A stretch of 64,000 nucleotides of DNA from an uncultured Planctomycetales bacterium (GTDB taxonomy: Bacteria > Omnitrophota > Gorgyraeia > Zapsychrales > JAHFFX01). The stretch is taken from the NCBI GenBank assembly GCA_964464475.1, contig CAYXGG010000005.1:33143-97142 (forward strand), in the 5' to 3' direction. The notes beneath the pieces were generated by a model. That model made no database searches. It was given only the letters and a program-made list of their open reading frames with translations, and was not told the origin of the DNA. Position 1 is the first letter of the stretch; every line of letters begins with the position of its first letter. Both the position numbers and the translations under genes were made by a program. Shown here piece by piece: positions 54,650-64,000 of the stretch.

Positions 54650-55570
54650 ATGTTAAAGCGTTTTAAAATAAATGATGGGAAGCTGGTCGAGAATGATACT
54701 CAAGATTCACCGGTATTGCTTTATACGAATCCCGATGAGACGGAGAAGCGATACCTGATCGATGCTTTGCAGATCGATGAGCACACACTAAATTCAGCGT
54801 TGGATCCGGATGAGTTAGGTCGTGTGGAGTTTGAAACCAACCACGCCGCGGTCATTATCAAACGCCCAAAACGTTATTCTTCCGAAGATAATTTTCTGCT
54901 CAAGATTTCCTCGGTCGGTTTATTTCTTTTTAACGATAAGATTGTGATCGTTCTATCGGAAGACGCGATGCTATTTGACGGTAAACATTTTCAACGACTG
55001 CGTTCGGTACAAGATGTTTTGTTAAAAGTGATTCAAAAATGTATTGTGCATTTCGAGCAACATTTGCACGTCATTCAGCAGATTTCCGATGAGTTGGAGC
55101 GTGAAATCAATAAGGCCATGGCCAACAAAGATTTGCTGCACATGTTTAATTTAGAGAAAAGTTTGGTTTATTATTTGAAGGCGATCGGTTCTAACGGCAA
55201 GGCGATCGAAAAATTAAAACTCAACTCGGCCAAGATCAATTTTACTGTTGAAGAGAATGAATTTTTGGAAGACGTTTTAATCGAAAACAGTCAGTGTTAC
55301 GACGAAGCGAATACCTATTCACAAGTTTTGTCGAGTATGATGGACGCGTGGGTATCGATCGTCAGTAATAATTTGAATATTTTAATTAAAAATCTGACGA
55401 TCGTGATGATATGCATTATGTTGCCGACGTTGGTCATTGGTATTTTTTCAATGAATTTGAAATTACCGCTCCCGCAGGATGGAACCCTGTTTTCTTTCTG
55501 GATCGTCATGTTGATGGCGTTGTTTTCGGTCGCACTGACGGTGATAATTTACAAAAGGATGAAGATTTAG
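54650..55570 (+). CDS. corA: CorA-family Mg2+/Co2+ transporter
   Basis: Two C-terminal TM helices. GIFSMNLKLP is a GMN-like motif between them. Start taken at the second Met to avoid overlap with nth. The ORF frame opens at 54590. Confidence 0.6.
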   Translation: MLKRFKINDGKLVENDTQDSPVLLYTNPDETEKRYLIDALQIDEHTLNSALDPDELGRVEFETNHAAVIIKRPKRYSSEDNFLLKISSVGLFLFNDKIVIVLSEDAMLFDGKHFQRLRSVQDVLLKVIQKCIVHFEQHLHVIQQISDELEREINKAMANKDLLHMFNLEKSLVYYLKAIGSNGKAIEKLKLNSAKINFTVEENEFLEDVLIENSQCYDEANTYSQVLSSMMDAWVSIVSNNLNILIKNLTIVMICIMLPTLVIGIFSMNLKLPLPQDGTLFSFWIVMLMALFSVALTVIIYKRMKI

Positions 55571-55812
55571 TGTAGGTGATTGGGCTGTGGATAAATTTTT
55601 TTGCGTTTAGATTGGACATTGTGATTAATAGTTTCGTCGAGACTTAACTGATTAGAAATAAAGATGTTAAATTTTTGAAAAAACTTAAGCAAATTTCTTG
55701 ACATTGATATATGTGTATGTTAAAAATCAAATCGAAGTTTGAGAATTTTTAAAAATAAATTATTCGCAAAGGGGATTTAAGGAATTGACAAAGTTTTAAA
55801 AAATTTGAATAG

Positions 55813-55850
55813 GAACCCAACTATTGCAGCGGGGTTCCTATTTTTTTTGG
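55813..55850 (+). terminator. Intrinsic terminator after corA
   Basis: GGAACCC-aactattgcagc-GGGGTTCC followed by TATTTTTTTT. Confidence 0.7.
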
Positions 55851-55860
55851 AACATAACTT

Positions 55861-56919
55861 ATGGGAAAAATAATAGGACTCACTTACGATTTAAAACAGG
55901 ACGTTACGCTCAACGCGGATGATCCAGCGGATTTCACCGCCGAGTTGGATAAGCCGGCGACCATTGATTCCATTGCGCGAGCCTTGGAAAGCGGCGGCCA
56001 TACGGTTAAGCGCATTGGCCACGTCTGGAATCTTTTGGAGCAGATTAACACGTTGGATGTCGATATCGTGTTTAACATTTGTGAAGGGCATGCCGGGCGA
56101 AATCGGGAATCGCAAGTCCCGGTCATTCTCGAGATGAAAGGGATTCCTTTTATTGGCGCGGACGCGTTGACTTTGGGCGTAACGCTGGATAAAATTGTCG
56201 CCAAAAAGTGCTTTATCGCTGATGGTATCCGTACCCCGCGGTATTTTGAAGCATGGGGAACGGAACATTTGCGTAAAATTAATAAAATCGGTTATCCCTT
56301 GATTGTGAAACCTTCTCACGAGGGGTCATCGAAGGGTTTGTCCAAGAAATCACGCGTGACCAATTTGAAAGAATTGCAGGCGCAGGTGGAATTAATCAAT
56401 AAATCTTATAAGCAGCGGGCGATTGTGGAAGAATTTATCAGCGGGACGGAATTTACCGTCGGCGTTATTGGCAATGATAAGCCCCAGGCCCTGCCGGTGG
56501 TGCAAATCCAGATTGAAGGAAAAACCAAACTGGGGGATGACTTTTATACCTTTACCCGTCTTTCCCAGCAGGCTGATCAAATTGTGTATTTGTGCCCGGC
56601 CAAGATTCCTAAAAAATTATTTAATGAGTTGCAGCAAATGGCTGTGGCCGCGTATCGCAGCGTGGACTGCCGGGATTTTGGGCGTGTTGATTTTCGCGTT
56701 GATGCTAAAGGTCGACCGTATGTGCTGGAAATTAATCCGTTGCCGTGTTTGGCCGAGGAAGATACGTTTACCTTTATGGCTCAGGCGATGGGGATGAATT
56801 ATAACCAGATTGTGAATCGAATTCTCGAGGAAGGATTAAAGCGGTACGGTTTGTGGGATAGTCCCTCGGGAAAAAGGAAGAGTTCCGCGCTTAAGGCGGA
56901 AGCGGCGTCTGTCCGATAA
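55861..56919 (+). CDS. ATP-grasp ligase of the D-alanine--D-alanine ligase family
   Basis: ATP-grasp fold. IGYPLIVKPSHEGSSKGLS (Lys and Ser-rich loop). EEFISGTEFTVGVIG. VLEINPLPCL. The N-terminus is atypical for canonical Ddl. Confidence 0.6.
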   Translation: MGKIIGLTYDLKQDVTLNADDPADFTAELDKPATIDSIARALESGGHTVKRIGHVWNLLEQINTLDVDIVFNICEGHAGRNRESQVPVILEMKGIPFIGADALTLGVTLDKIVAKKCFIADGIRTPRYFEAWGTEHLRKINKIGYPLIVKPSHEGSSKGLSKKSRVTNLKELQAQVELINKSYKQRAIVEEFISGTEFTVGVIGNDKPQALPVVQIQIEGKTKLGDDFYTFTRLSQQADQIVYLCPAKIPKKLFNELQQMAVAAYRSVDCRDFGRVDFRVDAKGRPYVLEINPLPCLAEEDTFTFMAQAMGMNYNQIVNRILEEGLKRYGLWDSPSGKRKSSALKAEAASVR

Positions 56920-56934
56920 CCCTTCTAAAGGAGG

Positions 56935-58161
56935 ATGAACATGAACGAGTCTCAGACGGGAGTTAAAGAAGTAAACGTATCGGAAGTTGCCGGTGCGGCG
57001 TCAGGGACTGTTTCATCGGTTAGTCAACCGAATGTAAAGTTGACCCCTAAAGAAAATCGGGTCATTAATTTTTTTCAGGATGCGACTCCCTTTGATTGGG
57101 AAGATTGGCGTTGGCAGATTCGTAATCGCATCCGCACGAAGGAAGTGCTGGCTAAGATCGTTAATTTGACGGCCGAAGAAGAGCGGGGCGTTGATGGCTG
57201 CAATGATAAGTTAACGATGTCAATTCCGCCTTACTGGGCCAGTTTGATGGACCCAGAAGATCCTGCCTGCCCTATTCGTTTGCAGACGATTCCTCGAGAA
57301 CAGGAGTTAATCACGTCACCCGAAGAAATGGCTGATCCGTGTGGTGAAGACAAACACATGCCGGTGCATGGGTTGGTGCATCGTTATCCGGACCGGGTTT
57401 TGTTTTTGGTCAATGAAATGTGCGCGATGTACTGCCGCTATTGCACGCGTTCGCGCATGGTGGGTGATGGTAACCGGACGTTGCGACCCTCCACTTATGA
57501 AGCGGCGTATGATTATATCCGTTCCAATAAAAAGATCCGCGATGTTTTGATTTCCGGCGGGGATCCTTTGACTTTAGGGGATAATATGCTCGAGAGCATT
57601 ATCAAGAACATTCGTTCGATTCCCCATGTTGAGTTCGTGCGTATCGGTAGTCGTGTTCCCGTTACCTTACCGCAGCGGATTACAACGGAGTTGGTGAATA
57701 TTCTTAAAAAGTACGGTCCGATTTGGCTGAGTATTCATTTTAACCATCCTAAGGAAGTGACCAAGCGGGTTAAATTTGCCGCGGATTTACTGGCCGATAA
57801 TGGCATTGTTATGGGCAGCCAGACGGTCTTGCTGAAAGGGGTTAATGACAAGCCGGCGACCATGAAGAAATTGTTTCATGAGTTGCTGAAAATACGGGTG
57901 CGTCCTTACTATATTTATCAGTGTGATCCTATCACGGGGTCGCGGCATTTCCGCACGCCTGTGGCTACCGGGGTCAATATTATAGAAAAGCTGCGTGGGC
58001 ACACGACGGGTTATGCGGTCCCAACCTATGTTATTGACGGTCCAGGCGGGGGCGGCAAGATCCCGATTTCGCCCAACTATATTGTGTCTGTGGAAAACGG
58101 CATTTACAATTTGCGCAATTTTGCCGGTCAGAGCTTCCAATACGTGGATCCGATCGCGTAA
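56935..58161 (+). CDS. kamA: Lysine 2,3-aminomutase (KamA-family radical SAM enzyme)
   Basis: CAMYCRYCTRS is a CxxxCxxC radical SAM motif. The KamA-family core LISGGDPL and the C-terminal Zn/PLP region are present. Confidence 0.8.
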   Translation: MNMNESQTGVKEVNVSEVAGAASGTVSSVSQPNVKLTPKENRVINFFQDATPFDWEDWRWQIRNRIRTKEVLAKIVNLTAEEERGVDGCNDKLTMSIPPYWASLMDPEDPACPIRLQTIPREQELITSPEEMADPCGEDKHMPVHGLVHRYPDRVLFLVNEMCAMYCRYCTRSRMVGDGNRTLRPSTYEAAYDYIRSNKKIRDVLISGGDPLTLGDNMLESIIKNIRSIPHVEFVRIGSRVPVTLPQRITTELVNILKKYGPIWLSIHFNHPKEVTKRVKFAADLLADNGIVMGSQTVLLKGVNDKPATMKKLFHELLKIRVRPYYIYQCDPITGSRHFRTPVATGVNIIEKLRGHTTGYAVPTYVIDGPGGGGKIPISPNYIVSVENGIYNLRNFAGQSFQYVDPIA

Positions 58162-58191
58162 ATGGTGAAGTTATAGGCTGTTAGGAATGGA

Positions 58192-58240
58192 GTAGGGCCC
58201 ATCCGACGCTTCAGCGTCGGATGGGCCCTACTGCTTTTCC
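58192..58240 (+). terminator. Intrinsic terminator after kamA
   Basis: GTAGGGCCCATCCGACGCT-tca-GCGTCGGATGGGCCCTAC is an 18-bp perfect stem, followed by TGCTTTTCC. Confidence 0.7.
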
Positions 58241-58329
58241 ACCTTCAGAAGTGAGAGAAACAGCAATTGACGTTTGGGAGGGTTTTTGTTATCATACCCG
58301 CCTTCAATTCAGCTTCACGGAGGAAACCT

Positions 58330-58632
58330 ATGAAAAAAATTGAAGCGATTGTCCGCAAAGAAAGATTTCAAGAAGTTTATGATGTTTTGGTGGATTCGGG
58401 AATTGGGGGTATGACCATTACCGAAGCCCAAGGCTTTGGGCATCACCGTAACGGGCTTAAAGAAAAAATTAAGATCGAAATTTACGCCGATGAATTTCAG
58501 GTCGATAAGGTTGTTGACATGATCTGTCGGACTGCTCGTACGGGAGTCACGGGCGACGGCAAAATCGCCATTATTCCTTTAGAAACCATTTATCGCATTC
58601 GCACCGGGGAACAAGGGGCGATTGCTATTTAA
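58330..58632 (+). CDS. P-II (GlnB-like) family nitrogen regulatory protein
   Basis: MKKIEAIVRKERFQEVYDVL...GMTITEAQGFG...GDGKIAIIPLETIYRIRTGE is the PII fold signature. The ORF frame opens at 58267. Confidence 0.7.
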   Translation: MKKIEAIVRKERFQEVYDVLVDSGIGGMTITEAQGFGHHRNGLKEKIKIEIYADEFQVDKVVDMICRTARTGVTGDGKIAIIPLETIYRIRTGEQGAIAI

Positions 58633-58668
58633 CGTAGTACCAAAACTAACGAAAGGGTGTGATTAGAC

Positions 58669-58830
58669 ATGGTAGAAGTAAAAATCGGCGACAAGCATAA
58701 TTTCGAGAAAGCCATCCGTATTTTCAAGAAGCAATGCCAGAAGGAAGGATTTCTCGTTGAAGCTAAAGAACGTCGCTATTATACCAAGCCTTCCGAGCGC
58801 AAGCGTCGTAAGGGAACCGGCGGCCGTTAA
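58669..58830 (+). CDS. rpsU: 30S ribosomal protein S21, a short 53-aa form
   Basis: Hand translation gives MVEVKIGDKHNFEKAIRIFKKQCQKEGFLVEAKERRYYTKPSERKRRKGTGGR, which matches the S21 core (..FE.ALRRFKR.C.K.G.L.E.+.R..YEKP...RKR+). It is not in the supplied ORF track because it is shorter than 60 aa. Confidence 0.65.
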   Translation: MVEVKIGDKHNFEKAIRIFKKQCQKEGFLVEAKERRYYTKPSERKRRKGTGGR

Positions 58831-58851
58831 TTTTTTAGTTATATAAACCGT

Positions 58852-59376
58852 ATGGCTAAGAAAATTAAGAAAGTCGCAATCCTTGTCGAGGATCTTTACC
58901 AGGTGTTAGAGGTGTGGTATCCGCTTCTCCGTTTAAAAGAAGCGGGTATCGCGCCCATAACTGTCGGCACCGGTACGAAAGAAACTTACGGAAGTAAAGA
59001 AGGTTATCCCTGCAAAGTCGATACCTCCATCGACAAAATCAACCCTCAAGAATTCGCTGGTGTTGTGATCCCCGGAGGATATGCTCCGGATATCTTGCGT
59101 CGTTTTGCCAAAATAAATGAATTCGTCCGCGTGATGTACGAGCAGAAAAAAGCGGTCGCGTGTATTTGTCATGGCGGCTGGGTGCTGGTTTCGGCCGGCA
59201 TTCTCAAGGGTGTTAAAGCCACTTGCTTTTCGGCGATCAAGGATGATTTAATCGCGGCGGGCATTCAATATCTTGATCAGGAAGTGGTGGTGGATGGTCA
59301 TTTGATTACTTCGCGCAAACCCGATGATTTGCCTCGTTTCACCGAAGAATTAATTAAATACGTCGAACATAACTAA
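58852..59376 (+). CDS. DJ-1/PfpI-family protein (class I glutamine amidotransferase-like)
   Basis: VVIPGGYAP...ACICHGGWVL carries the nucleophile-elbow Cys. Confidence 0.7.
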   Translation: MAKKIKKVAILVEDLYQVLEVWYPLLRLKEAGIAPITVGTGTKETYGSKEGYPCKVDTSIDKINPQEFAGVVIPGGYAPDILRRFAKINEFVRVMYEQKKAVACICHGGWVLVSAGILKGVKATCFSAIKDDLIAAGIQYLDQEVVVDGHLITSRKPDDLPRFTEELIKYVEHN

Positions 59377-59399
59377 GTCCCCCGTATCTAAATTTCTCC

Positions 59400-60956
59400 A
59401 TGATAAAAGTTAAAAGAGCGTTGCTAAGTGTTTCCGATAAAACTGGATTGCTGGAGTTTGCCCGAGGGCTGGTCGCGTTAGGAATTGAAATTCTTTCCAC
59501 GGGAGGAACAGCTAAGTTATTGCTTTCTAATGGCATTGCGGTGAAGGAAGTTGCCGATTACACCGGTTTTCCGGAAATGCTTGATGGGCGTGTAAAAACG
59601 TTGCACCCGATGATTCATGCGGGCCTTCTGGCGTTGCGCGATAAGCCAGAGCATCTCGAGCAACTCAAACACCACCATATCAATCTTATCGATATGGTGG
59701 TGGTTAATTTGTATCCTTTTGAAAAAGTTACTGAAAAAAAGAACGTAAGTCTGGAAGAAGCGATTGAGAATATCGATATCGGCGGACCGTCCATGCTGCG
59801 CTCCGCCGCTAAAAATTATAAGAGTGTCGCGGTGATCGCTAATCCCCTCCGCTACAAAGAAGTGCTTAAAGAATTGGAAACAAATAGCGGCATTCTGCCC
59901 GACGCTGTCTTAAGTAACTTAGCGATGGAGGCCTTTCAGCACACCAGCCGTTATGACGGCATCATTTATAATTTCTTAAACCAGCGGATGCGCTCGGGTG
60001 ACTTCTCTGGTTTCCCTAAGGAACTAACACTCCGTTTTGCTAAATTGCAGGATTTACGCTACGGAGAGAATCCGCATCAAGCCGCGGCGTTTTATAAAGA
60101 TGTCGATATTAACGGAGGGTTGCCGAAATTAAAACAGCTGCATGGTAAAGAATTAAGTTTCAATAATATTCTGGATTTGGAAGCGGCTATTAATGTCGTT
60201 CGGGAATTTGATCAGCCGGCGGTCGTGGTGATTAAACATAATAACCCGACGGGCGTGGCGCAAGATAAGGTGCTAAGTAAAGCGTATAAAGCGGCCTTCG
60301 CGGCAGACAAGCTTTCTGCCTTTGGAGGCATTATCGGTTTAAATCGTCCGGTCGATGGTGCAACTGCGCAGTTGATCGCCAAAAGTGGATTCATGGAATG
60401 CGTGGTGGCCCCGGCGTTTGAAGCGTCGGCGATCAAGCTTTTGACGCAAAAAAAGAATTTGCGTTTGTTAGAAATAGATTTGAATCATCTCCCGCGTTCA
60501 TCCCGCGATTACAAAAAAGTGGAAGGCGGGTTGCTCGTTCAGGACGCGGATTTAAAACAATTAAATCCGGCGGATTTAAAAGTTGTCACCAAACTGAAAC
60601 CGACCAAATCCCAATTGGAGTCTGTGCTTTTTGGTTGGAAAATTGTGAAGCACGTCAAATCTAACGCGATTGTTTTGGTGAAGGGCTTAAAAACCGTTGG
60701 GATTGGGTGCGGTCAAACCAGTCGTGTAGATAGCGCCCTGCATGCCATTCGTAAGGCTGGAAAAGATGTTAAGAATGCCGTTTTGTTCTCTGAAGCTTTC
60801 ATTCCCAAAATAGACACCATTCAAATCGCCGCCAAGGCGGGCATTAAGTTGGTGGTTCAGACCGGCGGTTCCATTGCCGATGCCGAAGTTATCCAAGAAG
60901 CCGATCGCCGTAAAATTGCTATGGTTTTTACGGGTCTCCGGCATTTCAAACACTAA
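59400..60956 (+). CDS. purH: Bifunctional AICAR transformylase / IMP cyclohydrolase
   Basis: MIKVKRALLSVSDKTGLLEFARGL...GGTAKLL is the MGS-like N-terminus. 518 aa with the AICARFT domain. Confidence 0.9.
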   Translation: MIKVKRALLSVSDKTGLLEFARGLVALGIEILSTGGTAKLLLSNGIAVKEVADYTGFPEMLDGRVKTLHPMIHAGLLALRDKPEHLEQLKHHHINLIDMVVVNLYPFEKVTEKKNVSLEEAIENIDIGGPSMLRSAAKNYKSVAVIANPLRYKEVLKELETNSGILPDAVLSNLAMEAFQHTSRYDGIIYNFLNQRMRSGDFSGFPKELTLRFAKLQDLRYGENPHQAAAFYKDVDINGGLPKLKQLHGKELSFNNILDLEAAINVVREFDQPAVVVIKHNNPTGVAQDKVLSKAYKAAFAADKLSAFGGIIGLNRPVDGATAQLIAKSGFMECVVAPAFEASAIKLLTQKKNLRLLEIDLNHLPRSSRDYKKVEGGLLVQDADLKQLNPADLKVVTKLKPTKSQLESVLFGWKIVKHVKSNAIVLVKGLKTVGIGCGQTSRVDSALHAIRKAGKDVKNAVLFSEAFIPKIDTIQIAAKAGIKLVVQTGGSIADAEVIQEADRRKIAMVFTGLRHFKH

Positions 60957-60961
60957 TTCTT

Positions 60962-62326
60962 ATGCTTTCAGGTGCGGCCGCGTATCTGGACAGTTTTGTT
61001 AATTTGGAATTGTCGTTGGCGTCTCTGCCTCGCGATTCGTTTAAGCTGGAACGTTTACGCGCTTTGCTAGCGAGTCTGGGAAACCCTGAACGTCAATTGC
61101 GTTGCCTGCACGTGGCGGGCTCAAAGGGGAAGGGCTCGACCTGCGTGATGGCAGCGACCATGCTGGCCTGCGCGGGATACCGGGTCGGATTATATACGTC
61201 ACCTCACCTGCATGACTATAAAGAACGTTTGCGCATTTTGAGTCCGCAGGATTTTTGTTCTCATGACCCAAAGGAATTTGCGGGTATGATTTCTGAGAGG
61301 GCTTTGACGCGATTAATTCAGGAGATTGAGCCGCACCTTGAATCTTTTCGTACCCACCGGAAGTTTGGTCGCCTGACTTATTTTGAAGTGATGACGGCGA
61401 TAGCGTTTTATTTTTTCTTTCGTCGTCGGGTCGATTTTGCAGTTTTGGAGGTAGGACTAGGCGGACGGTTGGACGCAACCAATGTCATCAGCGCGCTGGT
61501 GTGCGCGATTACGCCGATCAGTTTAGAACACACTCAGATTTTGGGAAAAACGTTGTCTAAAATTGCGCGGGAAAAGGCCGGGATCATTAAATCGTCTCAT
61601 TCCGCGGTAGTGTTGGCCCAACAGCGACCTGCTGCTTTAAAAGTTTTACGACAACATTGCACGGCTTTAGGGATTAAACCAGTTGAAGTGGGAAAAGACC
61701 TGACAATAAAAGGTGTGCGTCCGTCATCTTTGGAGACAGGATTTTTGTTGCATTCAAAGAGAGGCGCAAACGGACGTTGGCGATTGCCGTTTGTTGGAGA
61801 GCACCAAGTGCAGAATGCCGCTGTCGCAATCGGCATGTTGAATGAACTTCGAAAAAAGGGGTTTGTCATTTCAGAACAGGCCATGCGTCGAGGTCTTAAG
61901 TTAACGCGTTGGCCTGGCAGGTTTGAGATAGCGTCCCGAAAGCCAGTCTGGATACTCGATGGCGCTCACAATCCAGAATCAACGGAATTATTGGTCCGGA
62001 CCTTCCGTCGTGTTTTTTCTCGATTTAAGGTAGTTTTGATTTGGGGTGTTTCAGAAGATAAAGACCGCGCAGGAATGGCGCGCCAATTACGGAAGATTTC
62101 TCGAGTCGTGATTGCCACTCGAGCCCGGCATCCACGCGCGCACACGTTTTCTGTCGCCGAGTTGGCTCAATGGTTTAGTGGACAAGAAATAATTTTGGAA
62201 CCCGACGTCGCGAGAGCGGTGGCGTTGGCACAGCAAAGTGTGGGTCCCCAAGAGATTGTTTTGGTAACAGGTTCTTTATTTGTCGTTGGAGAAGTGAGGA
62301 AGTTATGTATCAATACAAAGGTTTAG
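60962..62326 (+). CDS. folC: Bifunctional folylpolyglutamate synthase / dihydrofolate synthase
   Basis: Mur-ligase P-loop HVAGSKGKGST. DGAHNPES. Confidence 0.85.
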   Translation: MLSGAAAYLDSFVNLELSLASLPRDSFKLERLRALLASLGNPERQLRCLHVAGSKGKGSTCVMAATMLACAGYRVGLYTSPHLHDYKERLRILSPQDFCSHDPKEFAGMISERALTRLIQEIEPHLESFRTHRKFGRLTYFEVMTAIAFYFFFRRRVDFAVLEVGLGGRLDATNVISALVCAITPISLEHTQILGKTLSKIAREKAGIIKSSHSAVVLAQQRPAALKVLRQHCTALGIKPVEVGKDLTIKGVRPSSLETGFLLHSKRGANGRWRLPFVGEHQVQNAAVAIGMLNELRKKGFVISEQAMRRGLKLTRWPGRFEIASRKPVWILDGAHNPESTELLVRTFRRVFSRFKVVLIWGVSEDKDRAGMARQLRKISRVVIATRARHPRAHTFSVAELAQWFSGQEIILEPDVARAVALAQQSVGPQEIVLVTGSLFVVGEVRKLCINTKV

Positions 62327-63714
62327 ACGATACGATTGCGGCCGTGGCAACTGCTCTTGGGGCGGGAGGCATTGGGGTGGTGCGTTTAAGTGGCCCGCGG
62401 GCGGTGGAGATGGTGGACGGGATTTTTAATGCGCGTTCTCAGAAGCGTCTTTACAACGCGCGAAATTTTTCTCTCACTTATGGGTGGATTATGGCCCCGG
62501 AGAAGGCCGACGTAAAGCGGTTGGTGGTCGATGAAGTTTTGGTTTCGGTGATGCGGGCACCGCATAGTTATACGAAGCAGGATGTGGTGGAAATAAGTTG
62601 TCACGGTGGTCCAGTCGCTCAACGAACAATATTAAAATTAGTTTTGGAGCAGGGAGCGCGCTTGGCCGAGCCGGGTGAATTTACCAAGCGTGCTTTTTTG
62701 AACGGTCGGATTGATTTGGCCCAGGCGGAAGCGGTGTTGGATATCATCAACGCTAAGACGGATTCCTGCTTGCGCGTGAGTTCGCATCAGCTTAAAGGCG
62801 AGCTTTCTTTGAGATTGGATTCGTTACGTGAGCAACTCCTGAGCATTTATACGGAAATTGAGGCCATTGTGAATTTTCCGGAGGATGAAATCAACGCGTC
62901 CACTTTGGGGCAGATTGCCCAAAAAATTAATGACGTTCTTAAAGACGTTCAGCAGTTATTGGCGGCGAGTGAGCAGGGAAGAATTTTGCGGGACGGCGCT
63001 AAAATTGTTTTGTGCGGACGCCCCAACGTAGGGAAATCTTCGTTATTGAATGTTCTGTTAAGGCAGCCGCGAGCGATCGTCAGTGCGATGGCCGGAACAA
63101 CGCGGGACACGATTGAAGAGACCGCGCAGATTCAGGGCGTGCCGCTACAGTTGGTAGATACTGCGGGCATTCTTGAGCCGCGCGATTTGGTGGAAGAAGA
63201 AGCGATCAAACGCAGTCGGCTAAGCATTGAGAGCGCGGATTTGGTTTTATTGGTGATGGATGCCAGTCAGTCGTTGACCCCTGATGATGTGTCGCTGGCG
63301 CAGGCCTTAGTGGGTAGACCAACATTACTAGTGTTGAATAAATGTGATTTACCCGTCGTCGTTGCTCCACAGGATCTAGAGAAATCACTTCCGGGCCAGG
63401 AATATGTTAAGGTGTCGGCCCTGCAGAATAAATCAGTTCATCATTTGGAGCAGGCGATCGTGCAGCGCGTGCTGCAGGGAAAAACGCTCGAGCCGGGAGC
63501 GATCCTCGTGAGTAATTTGCGCCACATTCAATGTTTGCGGTTGGGATTGGCCGCGATTGAGCGAGCCAGCGAAACGTTAGATCGGAAAATTTCTTTGGAA
63601 TTTGTATCCGAAGACATAAAGTCGGCAGTTAATGAATTGGATGCGATTACCGGGCGTAATGTTGATCAGGATTTGCTGGACAAGATTTTTTCCGATTTCT
63701 GTATTGGAAAATAG
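62305..63714 (+). CDS. mnmE: tRNA modification GTPase MnmE
   Basis: G-domain CGRPNVGKSSLLN. DTAG. NKCD. C-terminal ...FCIGK is the conserved CxGK tail. Confidence 0.85.
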   Translation: MYQYKGLDDTIAAVATALGAGGIGVVRLSGPRAVEMVDGIFNARSQKRLYNARNFSLTYGWIMAPEKADVKRLVVDEVLVSVMRAPHSYTKQDVVEISCHGGPVAQRTILKLVLEQGARLAEPGEFTKRAFLNGRIDLAQAEAVLDIINAKTDSCLRVSSHQLKGELSLRLDSLREQLLSIYTEIEAIVNFPEDEINASTLGQIAQKINDVLKDVQQLLAASEQGRILRDGAKIVLCGRPNVGKSSLLNVLLRQPRAIVSAMAGTTRDTIEETAQIQGVPLQLVDTAGILEPRDLVEEEAIKRSRLSIESADLVLLVMDASQSLTPDDVSLAQALVGRPTLLVLNKCDLPVVVAPQDLEKSLPGQEYVKVSALQNKSVHHLEQAIVQRVLQGKTLEPGAILVSNLRHIQCLRLGLAAIERASETLDRKISLEFVSEDIKSAVNELDAITGRNVDQDLLDKIFSDFCIGK

Positions 63715-63828
63715 TTTTTATTGGTCTTTTCCTTGCTAATAGAAATGCGGAAGCCCAATATAACGACCTTTGTCCTCTAGAGAAAAGACCTAATATTGAC
63801 TTCCATTTTTTCTTTGGTAGTACAAAGG

Positions 63829-64000
63829 TCAATAGCGAGGAGCGCTTGGTGGCGTGGGGTGTTCGGGAATTGCCGGACTGTCTTGAAGCATCTTCTGCTG
63901 TAATCCCATCATTTTTTTCAATAGCTCTTCGTTTTGCATTAATTCTAATACTTTAGGATTGGTTAAGAGCTTGGTGAAATCTTTGCTTTGAATCTGTTTG
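63829..64000 (-). CDS. C-terminal fragment of an unknown protein; the gene continues beyond the window end
   Basis: Reverse-strand frame is open from the window edge to a TGA at 63831-63829. It translates ...KQIQSKDFTKLLTNPKVLELMQNEELLKKMMGLQQKMLQDSPAIPEHPTPPSAPRY*. Confidence 0.3.
   Translation of the reverse strand, partial: KQIQSKDFTKLLTNPKVLELMQNEELLKKMMGLQQKMLQDSPAIPEHPTPPSAPRY

Noticed and set aside
56935-58161. KamA radical SAM as the missing third component of the AmmeMemoRadiSam system
   Set aside because: It is 40 kb away in a different transcriptional context. It carries lysine-2,3-aminomutase-specific features and is paired with an ATP-grasp ligase. It is not the TIGR04337-type enzyme.

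Overview
This 64-kb window looks bacterial, gene-dense and of moderate GC content. The lineage is not identifiable from sequence alone. Most of it is housekeeping. There is a split pyrimidine-biosynthesis regulon: pyrR-pyrB-pyrC, then pyrK-pyrD, then pyrF, with a PyrR-type leader attenuator. Other housekeeping genes are glmS, rsmI, rpmA, rpsU, era, nth, mnmE, purH, folC, a pabB-pabC fusion, mutM, trmB and a D-Ala-D-Ala carboxypeptidase (dac). There are four tRNA genes: Glu-CTC, Arg-CCG, Val-TAC and Asp-GTC. Two VapBC-type toxin-antitoxin pairs are present. A cell-envelope block encodes a TMTC-like TPR membrane protein, three large polytopic glycosyltransferase-like membrane proteins, an M48 peptidase and an M1-peptidase/beta-barrel fusion. 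The most unusual part is a roughly 9.4-kb minus-strand block at 8885-18257. It encodes three HTTM-domain membrane proteins (the vitamin-K-dependent gamma-carboxylase fold). One of them is a 980-aa protein that fuses the HTTM domain to Memo-like and AMMECR1-like domains, which are two of the three components of the 'AmmeMemoRadiSam' system. No partner radical SAM gene is nearby. Between these genes lies a giant secreted protein, predicted from sequence features. It is extremely Cys-rich, contains a thrombospondin type-1 repeat, and ends in 96-bp tandem repeats encoding 'VDEVDEVDEG-APTVTPPTVSPPTVTPPTVTPP'. A second secreted protein with tail-fibre-like repeats sits next to it. I propose this block as a candidate undescribed membrane-anchored protein-modification or redox system with a possible co-encoded substrate. 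Other oddities are a GIY-YIG gene flanked by roughly 40-bp direct repeats beside tRNA-Glu, and tRNA loci surrounded by pseudo-tRNA copies carrying conserved hairpin inserts, next to an IVS/Avd-like four-helix-bundle gene. There is also a repeated TGTGAC/GTCACA dyad element upstream of pyrD and a PfkB kinase, a duplicated yjbQ 3' end, and an ATP-grasp ligase paired with lysine 2,3-aminomutase. All functional calls come from motif recognition by eye. No database searches were run.
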